Assembly (NCBI GenBank): GCA_043228905.1
Contig: JBHGNT010001365.1
Coordinates: 1 to 9,384, forward strand
Direction: 5' to 3'
Source of the DNA: Azolla caroliniana
Lineage: Eukaryota > Plantae > Polypodiophyta
Length of the DNA: 9,384 bases
Shown: positions 1-7,148 of the stretch, one piece after another
How the letters are laid out: the number at the start of each line of letters is the position of its first letter
Numbering within the stretch: the first letter of the stretch is position 1
Notes under the pieces: generated by a model
What the model saw: only the letters and a program-made list of their open reading frames with translations
The model's database searches: none
What the model was told of the DNA's origin: nothing
Position numbers and translations under genes: made by a program

Positions 1-1
1 C

Positions 2-2386
2 ATCCGAATCCATTTCGGGATCGGGGCCGGTTCCGGTATCAGTTTCATCTTCCTCGGCCGGTTCTGTTTCTTCACCGTCTTCGGCCGGATCCTCAAGTGC
101 TAACCGGTCCCTTGCCGGTCGGGACTGCTCCTCGTAGAGTTTATCCTCACCGGTCGACTTGGAGCTCTTCATCTTCTTCTCCGACTCCCAGTCGGCGAGT
201 GTCTTGTCCTCCATGAAGATGATATCTCGACTCCTGAATATCTTCTTGTCGACCGGGTCCCATACTCGGTAGCCGAACTCATCGTCGCCGTAACCGAGGA
301 ATATGCATGGCCGGGTCTTTGGATCCAACTTTCCTCTCCGGTCCTTTGCCACATGCACGTATGCGAGACACCCGAACACCTTCAGATGCCGGTAGGACAC
401 TTCCTTACCGGTCCACACTTTCTGCGGCGTGTCTCCGTCCAAAGGTACTGAGGGTGATCTATTTATCACATACGTCGCCGTCGACATTGCCTCAGCCCAA
501 AATCCCTTGGGTAATTTTGCATGCGCCAGCATACTCCGGACCCTCTCCATTATGGTCCGGTTCATCCTCTCGGCCAGCCCGTTCAGTTCCGGCGTCTTCG
601 GCACAGTAAACTCGAGCCGGATTCCCTTCGAGCGACAGTACTCCTGGAACTGCCCCCGGTATTCCCCTCCGTTATCCGCTCGTATCGCTTTCAGCTTCTT
701 GCCGGATTCCCTTTCCACTCTCGCGTGGAGTTCTTTGAAGACGGACAACACTTGGTCCTTTGTCTTCAACGGCGCCGTCCACAGCTTCCGGCTGTGATCA
801 TCAATGAAAGTCACGAAGTACTGGGCTCCGCCATGTGACTTCGTTTCTACCTGACACACATCCGTGTGCACCAACTCCAATGGTGCGCTACATCTCGTCG
901 GTGGCCTTGAGTGGAAGGAGGTTCGGTTCTGCTTACCGGCCAGGCAATCGGTGCACTTCTCCAGATGCACATGCTTCACTGGAATGAGGTTGTCTTCTGC
1001 AAGCCTCTTCATCCCCTTCTCGCTCATGTGGCACAGTCTCTTGTGCCACAGCTCACCGGCAGTGTCGACTGCCACGTTCAGCTCCTCCGGACAGAGCCGG
1101 GAATTCATCAGGTACAGGGTGTTGACCTTCCGGGCCCGAGCCACTATCAGGCTCCCCTTGCTGAACTTCATGACACCGTTCCGGATGCTACCCGTGTAGC
1201 CTTCATCATCTAGCCTCCCGGCCGAGATCAGGTTCAATCGGACCTCCGGAACGTGTCGCACATCCTTCAACAGCATCTTGCATCCGGTTGATGTCAACAG
1301 CCACACGTCTCCTATGCCGGCAATCCGGCATGTGCCTTCATTTCCCATCCGGACACAGCCGTGCTCACCGGCTGTGTAGGATGAGAAGTATTTCTTCTCC
1401 GGGGTCAGGTGGAACGACGCTCCGGAATCGACCACCCAGGTCATCTCTACACCGGCAAGGTTCAGCTCCCTCTCTTCGGTAATAAGCATTATCTCTTCTT
1501 CACTTGCCGCGAGTGCCGTCGTTCCTTTCCGGTCCTGCCCTCGCCGATCCGGACCTCTCCGGTCCGTGGCTCCCCGGTATGCACCGTTTCTCTCCGGTGA
1601 CTTCTTCGAATCGGTGTCGTCGGCTCCGTTGTCCTTTCGGTAATGCCGACAATTCTTCCGGAAGTGCCCCGGCTTCCCACAGTGGAAGCATGTTGGCCTT
1701 CCTCTTGACTGCGACCGGGTCCCCGACTTCTCCCGTCTTTGCGGACTCCGGTTCCATTGTCTTCCCCGTTCCGATTCGGTAAGCAGCGCCTTCGAGTCGG
1801 AGACCGGTTCTTTATCTCTCCGACGCGCTTCTTCGTTCAAAATACTTGTCTTTACCGTTTGTAGGGACAAGTTATCTTCGGCGCAGGAGGTGCTGAGAGT
1901 CACCACCAAGTTCTCCCAGCTGTCCGGCAATGTACACATCAGGATGATGGCTTGCATTGCATCCTCCAACGGGAACTTGATCGCCGCAAGCTGGTTCACG
2001 AATCCCATGAACGTGCTTACGTGTTCCACCATACTCTCGCCGTCCCGGTACTTGAGGTTCACTATCTTTCTCATCAGGGAGGTCCGGTTCAACGCATTCT
2101 TCCTCTCGTAGAGGCCCGACAGCTTCCTCCACATCTCATATGCGTTGGTGTCGTTCGCCACGTGTTGTAGAACGCTCACGTCGACGTATTGCCGAATGGT
2201 TGCAACGGCTTTCCGGTTCAGAAGCCTCCACTCCGTCTCAAGTACCCCCTTGGGTATTTCCGACCTGTCGATCGGTTCATACAGGTCCCGAACAATGAGC
2301 AGATCCTCCATCTTTATCTTCCAGTCGGCGTAGTTCTGCGCATTCAGCACCATCATCCCCGGCTGCCCGCTGCTGCCGCCTTCCAT
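2..2386 (-). CDS. Copia gag-pol polyprotein, 3'-partial (gag, CCHC zinc knuckle, aspartic protease, GAG-pre-integrase, integrase core)
   Basis: ATG at 2386 (MEGGSSGQPGMMVLNAQNYADWKIKMEDLL). I read all 795 codons to the window edge and found no stop. Motifs: CFHCGKPGHFRKNC (1649-1690), protease WVVDSGASFH (D at 1427-1429), LWHKRLCHMSEKG...CTDC, and integrase LVHTDVC / IRADNGGEY / NGLAERMNRTI. It is absent from the ORF track, presumably because its stop lies outside the window. Confidence 0.97.
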   Translation of the reverse strand, partial: MEGGSSGQPGMMVLNAQNYADWKIKMEDLLIVRDLYEPIDRSEIPKGVLETEWRLLNRKAVATIRQYVDVSVLQHVANDTNAYEMWRKLSGLYERKNALNRTSLMRKIVNLKYRDGESMVEHVSTFMGFVNQLAAIKFPLEDAMQAIILMCTLPDSWENLVVTLSTSCAEDNLSLQTVKTSILNEEARRRDKEPVSDSKALLTESERGRQWNRSPQRREKSGTRSQSRGRPTCFHCGKPGHFRKNCRHYRKDNGADDTDSKKSPERNGAYRGATDRRGPDRRGQDRKGTTALAASEEEIMLITEERELNLAGVEMTWVVDSGASFHLTPEKKYFSSYTAGEHGCVRMGNEGTCRIAGIGDVWLLTSTGCKMLLKDVRHVPEVRLNLISAGRLDDEGYTGSIRNGVMKFSKGSLIVARARKVNTLYLMNSRLCPEELNVAVDTAGELWHKRLCHMSEKGMKRLAEDNLIPVKHVHLEKCTDCLAGKQNRTSFHSRPPTRCSAPLELVHTDVCQVETKSHGGAQYFVTFIDDHSRKLWTAPLKTKDQVLSVFKELHARVERESGKKLKAIRADNGGEYRGQFQEYCRSKGIRLEFTVPKTPELNGLAERMNRTIMERVRSMLAHAKLPKGFWAEAMSTATYVINRSPSVPLDGDTPQKVWTGKEVSYRHLKVFGCLAYVHVAKDRRGKLDPKTRPCIFLGYGDDEFGYRVWDPVDKKIFRSRDIIFMEDKTLADWESEKKMKSSKSTGEDKLYEEQSRPARDRLALEDPAEDGEETEPAEEDETDTGTGPDPEMDSD

Positions 2387-2402
2387 TTTCTGTGTTACCG
2401 TC

Positions 2403-2414
2403 GCTCTGATACCA
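2403..2414 (-). promoter_or_regulatory. Primer binding site complementary to the 3' end of initiator tRNA-Met
   Basis: TGGTATCAGAGC on the - strand, 3 nt after the LTR-terminal CA and 16 nt before the gag ATG. Confidence 0.95.
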
Positions 2415-2783
2415 GTTTGTCGTAATTCCGTGCTCAGCCACAACCGAGGAACAGGATCGATTCACAGAAAACGGGAAATACAACAATGCACGAAAAACAA
2501 TAGAGAGAAGGGCACACTGGATGTTTTACGTGGAAAACCCTAAATGGGAAAAACCACGGGAGTGCAAGACTCCAACTATCACTATACGCGGGAATGTACA
2601 ATGGCGAGCTGCAAGGCGACGACCTTGAGCTCGCTGTCCTCGCCACAGGCGGCGGTATTACACAGAGGCGTCGACCTCTTCCTTCCTCCTTCTCTCTCAC
2701 TCTCTCTCGACTGCTCTCACTTCGCTCCCTCTTAGTGGAAAACAGAAAAAATGAGCAACGCCAAAACTGTTTGCCCTAAGTCA

Positions 2784-2791
2784 TATTTATA
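2784..2791 (-). promoter_or_regulatory. Probable TATA box of the copia LTR
   Basis: TATAAATA on the - strand, about 240 nt into the LTR and downstream of the U3 tandem repeats. Confidence 0.65.
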
Positions 2792-2894
2792 CACATATGA
2801 CTTTCGGGCTATTTACAAATATAGCCTCAAGGGCTCTTGGCAAACATATTCACAAATATGTCTCCGCATCCGGATCTCTCTCCGGGTACATTCG

Positions 2895-2969
2895 TCATCC
2901 GGCTCCGTAGCCGGGGTCTTCATCATCCGGCTCCGTAACCGGGGTCTTCATCATCCGGCTCCGTAACCG
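2895..2969. repeat. 28-bp tandem repeat (~2.7 copies) in the U3 region of the LTR
   Basis: TCATCCGGCTCCGTARCCGGGGTCTTCA starts at 2895 and 2923, with a partial copy at 2951. Confidence 0.93.
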
Positions 2970-3031
2970 CAACCGGGCTTGCCGTCATTCATCTCCGGAC
3001 ATCCCATCCGGAGGGACCGAAATCCCAACAG

Positions 3032-3460
3032 CAGGCTGCGGAAAAGCTTCGGGTGGCCAGGACGAGGAACAAAGCCCAGTTCGACCGGACGCACCGGCTC
3101 TGACCGAAGAAGATCAAGGAAGGCGACTGGGTGCTAGTCTACGATAGCAGCCTCGACAACCAGCACCGAGCGACACGAAAGTTCGCAAGAAGGTGGTTCG
3201 GCCCTTACGTGGTACAAAGCGCCAACGACAACGGGACGTACCATCTGGCGGAACTCGACGGCACGAGAATGGCGATACCGGTAGCTGGGAAGCGGATCAA
3301 AGCGTTCAAGAAGCGTCACGACGACGAGCCGGATCCGGATAACCTGGACCGGGACGACGAACGATCCGAAACCGAAGAAAGGCTGGACCGGTTTTCTCCG
3401 TCCCAACTCAATTTGGCGCATGCCGGTGGATGCGCGGTTAGGTGGGGGTGGATGTCGTGA
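3032..3460 (+). pseudogene. Gypsy integrase C-terminal (GPY/F) fragment, interrupted by the copia insertion and one premature stop
   Basis: QAAEKLRVARTRNKAQFDRTHRL*PKKIKEGDWVLVYDSSLDNQHRATRKFARRWFGPYVV...GTYHLAELDG...VAGKRIKAF. There is an in-frame TGA at 3101-3103, probably from CGA. Confidence 0.88.
3440..3452 (+). promoter_or_regulatory. Polypurine tract of element A
   Basis: AGGTGGGGGTGGA lies immediately before TGTCGTGAAG. Confidence 0.82.
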
Positions 3461-4077
3461 AGAAAACCGTCCACAAGCGGAATCGGTGCACCGGAGCGTA
3501 GGAACCGGCTCTTCATGCACGTGAGCCTTATGTTGTACATAGGAGATCCTAGGCAGGCAGATTCGGTAGGTAGGAAGTAAAGGGGAAACGGCTCCTTCCT
3601 TGCCTATAAAAGGAGGGAGACGAGGAGGGGCGAGGGGGATCACGGAGAGTCGAGGACGAAGTGTTGTCGGTTTGTGTGCGAAGGCTTCTCTCTCTCTCTG
3701 GTTCGCAAACTCCATAGCTTCCTTCTGTGCAGGTTTCGGGAGGCTCGCGCTGCTCTGAGGAATGCCCGAGTGCTTCCGGTAGCACCTCCAACCTACTCCT
3801 TTCTTTCTGTGCGTTTACGAACAGGCATCGGCATCTGTTCGCCGGCCTGTTCGGTTGTAACCGACTTCGTGTTCTTGTCGTTTTGTCTTTGTTAATACAT
3901 ACATACATTCGTGTCTCTCTGTGTCGTTGTCCCACTCGCGTCTTTGTGTCGAAGGGCCGTGTCCCTGTGAATCTACGCTCGCACGTAGTGGGTCTCTTCT
4001 CCTTCCTCTCTTGCTCTTCGGTACAGGACCCCCGAGGTCCCGCCTCATTCCACGCATCCGCGAGGAATACCTCGACA
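3453..4077 (+). repeat. 3' LTR of element A (625 bp)
   Basis: It starts TGTCGTG and ends CTCGACA. Its end (GACCCCCGAGGTCCCGCC...TCCACGCA...CGACA) aligns with the end of the element C LTR (GACCCCCGTGGACCCGCC...TCCACGCA...CGACA). Confidence 0.82.
3605..3611 (+). promoter_or_regulatory. Probable TATA box of LTR A
   Basis: CCTATAAAAGG about 150 nt into the LTR, followed by GA-rich and then CT-rich tracts. Confidence 0.65.
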
Positions 4078-5170
4078 CCGGATCTAGAGACTTCAGCGGT
4101 CGGCAACGTGGTCGACGTAAGACCAAGATACTGACGGTGGCGGTGAGGTGACGAAGACAATGGGCATAAGGAAGTCCGGTCCTATGGAATCCCCACACCG
4201 GTTCCGGAGACACCGGCTGTTCTGCCATCGTGGCAACGTAAGACCGAGAGGGACAGGACGGTGGCGGCGGGAAACGGGACCCGGCTACGCGGAAGACACG
4301 AGGAGAGTCCGGGAGGGACTCAAACAAAAGACACCCGAATTTCGCCAAGCATAGAAACGGAGTCCGGTCCTATGGGACCCTCACACCGATCCGGAGGCTC
4401 CGGCAGTTCGGCCAACGTGGCAACGTGAGACCGAGGGAGAAGGACGGTGGCGGCAGGGAACGGGACCCGACGACACGAGGTTTCGGAAGGAGCCGGTAAG
4501 GGCAAACACGGAGAGGTGTGTCAGGCTGGAAAGGCACACCTTGGACAGAACAAGAGTCTCGCAAGTGGCCATCGCGGGCCGGATCGAAGTGTGACTACGG
4601 GACGGTGTTCGGCACAGGCGGTGCCGAACAAAGGAAGCGGAAGACGGCACAAGGGAGGTGCCGGGAACGACATGACAAGTGCCTAGTGGACTGCACAGGG
4701 TCAAAGTCAGGGGATGGCAAGAGAGGCCGAAGGAGGATCCTCCACACTCGCTTCGTAGATCCCGGTAGCTTCGTCAAAGTAGCGAAGACTGACACGGCAA
4801 GCCGGGATGAGAAGCTGGTGGGGGCGAGGGCAAGCGAAAGACCCAGGACCTATTGTTGCAGCACGAAGACGGGAAGGGCCAAGCGGGCTACTACGGGGTG
4901 TTCCTCGGATGCAAAGAACACCGGTATGCGGGTGAGCGGCGATGCACGAACTGGCCGGAAAGGGGCCGACAAGACGTGCAATGAACCGGAGCACGGCACA
5001 GTCGGTGCCAAACAACGAACGAGGGTATGTGGCACACGGGGGGGTGCCGGAGCGGAAAGGCGAGTGCGGAGAATGTCGGAAAGGGATCCTCCACACCGTT
5101 CCGGAGACCATGGCGGTTCAAGCCGACACGGCGATGTAAGACCATGGAGAAGGAAGGTGGCGGCGGAAGG
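4078..5170 (+). repeat. Degenerate internal repeats in the 3' region of element B
   Basis: The core CACACCG..CCGGAG...GTTC...GGCAACGTAAGACC...GGTGGCGG occurs at ~4078-4147 (partial), 4173-4283, 4361-4469 and 5084-5170. A second duplicated block is 4610-4747 versus 4995-5096, with GGATCCTCCACAC exact at 4735 and 5084. Confidence 0.8.
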
Positions 5171-5515
5171 ACGAAGGCGACGCGAAACACCATCGGGACA
5201 TCACGATTGGACAACGGAGGCCAAGCGGGCCACCACGGGCATGCCTCAAGCGGAGGACGTCGGGCATACGGCGGGAAGCGGGGCGTTCATACGGCCGAAC
5301 GAGGGCCAACGTAAGAACGCGTACTACAGAGATCACGGCAGAGGACCCATCGACGGGTCGAACGAGCCTACGGGGAGGCGAGCGCGAAGGAAGACTTGAA
5401 GCCGACGGATCAACCCGGCAGCGAGCCGGGATGCGGATCACGGGAGACCAGTTTCTCACCGACCGAAATCTCTCACCCTTCAACCAAATTGGCACATACC
5501 GGTGGACGTGCAGTT

Positions 5516-5528
5516 AGGTGGGGGCGGA
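5516..5528 (+). promoter_or_regulatory. Polypurine tract of element B
   Basis: AGGTGGGGGCGGA lies immediately before TGTCGTGAAG. Confidence 0.8.
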
Positions 5529-5630
5529 TGTCGTGAAGAATTTCGGCCAGAGGCGAAAACCGGGAAACATTGGCTACATCGGCGGGGTGCAGCGTGTGTA
5601 CGCACCCATGTACATTTAGTGTGAATATCG
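5529..5630 (+). repeat. Truncated 3' LTR of element B (first ~100 bp only)
   Basis: It starts TGTCGTGAAGAATTTC and follows LTR C up to CATGTACAT (~5615). It then gives way to the AT-rich array with no CGACA terminus. Confidence 0.7.
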
Positions 5631-5639
5631 AGGGCGCCT

Positions 5640-6135
5640 TTATGGTTTTTGATTATAAATTTCTGATTAGAATTTCTGAATAGGGTTTCTGGTTACAAAC
5701 TTCTAATTACAAATTTTGATTAGGGTTTCTGATTTCAAACTTCTGATTACAGATTTTGATTAGGGTTTCTGATTTCAAATTTCTGAATACAAATTATGAT
5801 TAGGGTTTCTGTTTCTGTTTCTGTTACAATTTTCTGATTATGGTTTCTGATTAAAATTTCTGATTAGGGTTTTTGATTATAAATTTCTGATTAGAATTTC
5901 TGAATAGGGTTTCTGGTTACAAACTTCTGATTACATATTTTGATTAGGGTTTCGGATTTCAAATTTCTAAATACAAATTATGATTAGGGTTTCTGTTTAC
6001 AAATATCTAATTGCAATTTCTGAAAGGGGTTTCTGATTTGCTAAGTTAATGATTTGCACTATTTCAGTTGTTGTTGATTGGGGTTTCTGATTCTGACATA
6101 TTCTGATTTTGCACTATTTCTTATTTCTGATTTGA
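5640..6135. repeat. AT-rich hierarchical minisatellite containing telo-box (AAACCCTA) motifs
   Basis: The monomer is 13-14 bp, TTTCTGATTA+(GGG/CAA/GAA/TAA). TAGGGTTT occurs at 5681, 5721, 5761, 5801, 5865, 5905, 5945 and 5985 (40-bp phase). The block starting at 5641 is duplicated at 5865 (offset 224). The array decays after ~6030. Confidence 0.93.
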
Positions 6136-6143
6136 TATTTCAG

Positions 6144-6582
6144 ATGGCTCGTTCCTCCGTATCCGAGAGTGCTAAACTTCGCAAAATTTGGCAAGACAAA
6201 GGAGGACTTCCACAACACCTATGGTCTGTCACTCGAGGGTGTTGACCCTGCTGTCCTAAGTGATAAATTGATCAGTGATGTAGACTGGATGACAGTATAT
6301 ACAGTGCCTAGAGTCAAAGGCAAGGTCAAGCTGAAGCATGTACGAGCCGACTTGTACGAGCCGACTTGTACGATGACTGCATGAGGCTGCACCAGAAAGT
6401 TCATCAGGAGATCCCAGTCAACAATGAGTTGTCAGTTTCATTTGCTAGAGCATTTGCATATGAGTACTACAAAACAACGAAGGAATTCAGAGACCCTGAA
6501 ATGTATAGGGTAGCTTGGGTAGTCTATGGTGAGGCATCGGTAGAAAGATGCCAAAATATGGGGACCTTGGCACAAAAAATAA
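6144..6582 (+). pseudogene. Uncharacterised protein-coding exon, frameshifted by a 14-bp tandem duplication and 3'-truncated
   Basis: It follows TTTGATATTTCAG, which resembles a 3' splice site (AG at 6142-6143). Removing one TGTACGAGCCGACT copy (6339-6352 / 6353-6366) fuses ORFs 6169..6384 and 6366..6620 into one frame with protein-like composition. I do not recognise the family. Confidence 0.6.
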
Positions 6583-6857
6583 ACGGTAATCTAATTTACC
6601 ACAAGGCCTACTGGTTTTGATGTTGTGTTGTAGAAGCCATACACGATCCCCGACCTGGAACGTTTCTGAGGAGTCTAGGCGATGATGGTCTGCAATCCTC
6701 TTGTATGTACTTTGAGCATCACGCAAATTGTGGATAATGGTAGCGTGAATTTCTTGGAGATGACTGAGACGATCCGCAGCAGAAGGGTTGATAGGAACTC
6801 CCAGGTGTTCAGTCATCGTCCAACAAGGATGAGAACCCGTATTTGCGAAAAATGGCG
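6583..6857 (-). pseudogene. Ty3/gypsy chromovirus-type (Tf2/Tcn1-like) integrase C-terminal fragment
   Basis: TPFFANTGSHP...LQEIHATIIHNLRDAQSTYKRIADHHR...FQVGDRVWLLQHNIKTSRPCGKLDYR. It stops just before the expected GPF motif. The rest of ORF 6487..6930 is read-through into neighbouring sequence. Confidence 0.85.
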
Positions 6858-7140
6858 TGTTGAGAATCAAGCTCAACTTGGTCGAGTGTGTGAACTCACC
6901 TTGAGAGTGAAGAGACACTCCAACGGTCAAGAGTCACCATTATGTCACCACTTTGTATTCTAGCATTTAGTATGAGTCATAGAATCATATTCTATGAAAC
7001 ATAACTTATGAGCTTTCACATTCCCCATGCTCCATGAGCCTTGTAGTTAATGTAGAGAGAGGGTGACTACATAAAGCACCCTCCTCCCATCTTGTATTAT
7101 GTTGAGTCTTTCTCCTTTGTCAATATACTTTTACCTTGCG
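6858..7140 (+). repeat. Probable partial 5' LTR of element D (U5 end and PBS missing)
   Basis: It begins TGTTGAGAATC and has a TATA-like CTACATAAAG at ~7067-7076. No CA terminus plus PBS is found before gag homology starts. The right boundary is approximate. Confidence 0.55.
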
Positions 7141-7148
7141 TATTCCTT

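Larger units (their letters stand above)
1..3030 (-). mobile_element. Ty1/copia LTR retrotransposon (Tnt1/Tork-like), 5' half; continues beyond the left edge
   Basis: On the - strand the order is LTR (TGTTG...CGACA), PBS, gag, protease, integrase. Integrase directly after protease is the copia domain order. The peptide KLDPKTRPCIFLGYGDDEFGYRVWDP closely resembles the Tnt1 polyprotein as I recall it. Confidence 0.96.
2418..3030 (-). repeat. 5' LTR of the copia element (613 bp)
   Basis: Termini are TGTTG (3030) and CGACA (2418), an imperfect 5-bp inverted repeat. It is adjacent to the PBS, and gypsy integrase sequence begins abruptly at 3031. The predicted TSD is GCAGG (3031-3035); its partner copy lies outside the window. 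Confidence 0.9.
3031..4077 (+). mobile_element. Ty3/gypsy element A, 3' end (integrase tail, PPT, 3' LTR); no chromodomain visible
   Basis: A GPY/F-type integrase C-terminus is followed by a PPT and a TG...CA LTR. No PBS follows the LTR, so it is a 3' LTR. Confidence 0.88.
4078..5630 (+). mobile_element. Gypsy-related element B: long GC- and purine-rich 3' region, PPT and truncated 3' LTR
   Basis: It ends in the same ~50-nt pre-PPT/PPT/LTR-start motif as elements A and C. No recognisable pol domain lies in 4078-5500. The right boundary is approximate. Confidence 0.75.

Noticed and set aside
169-2486. Numerous 60-120 aa ORFs on both strands
   Set aside because: They are alternative-frame or antisense shadows of the GC-rich copia gag-pol frame and have no recognisable motifs.
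2535-2544. Single AAACCCTAAA telomere-like word in the copia LTR
   Set aside because: It is one copy within a GGGTTTTCCACG-type U5 context. There is no evidence linking it to the array at 5640-6135.
3686-3698. Short (CT)n tracts here and at ~2690-2708 and ~8186-8200
   Set aside because: These are ordinary LTR microsatellite-like tracts, too short to be informative.
4078-4470. Repeat-spacer pattern in element B as a CRISPR-like array
   Set aside because: The units are ~110 bp, degenerate and irregularly spaced, which fits internal retroelement repeats.
3453-5630. LTR A and LTR B as the two LTRs of one small non-autonomous element
   Set aside because: No PBS follows 4077, LTR A is preceded by its own PPT and integrase, and the two LTRs diverge after ~12 nt. 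They belong to separate insertions.
5640-6135. Array as a CRISPR locus or a true (interstitial) telomere tract
   Set aside because: There are no unique spacers and no cas genes, and the context is eukaryotic. The TTAGGG words are isolated 40 bp apart rather than in head-to-tail telomeric runs.
6144-6245. ATG at 6144 as the start of a gene (MARSSVSESAKLRKIWQDKGG...)
   Set aside because: That frame closes after 33 codons. The long repaired frame is shifted by one base, which fits an internal exon rather than a start codon.
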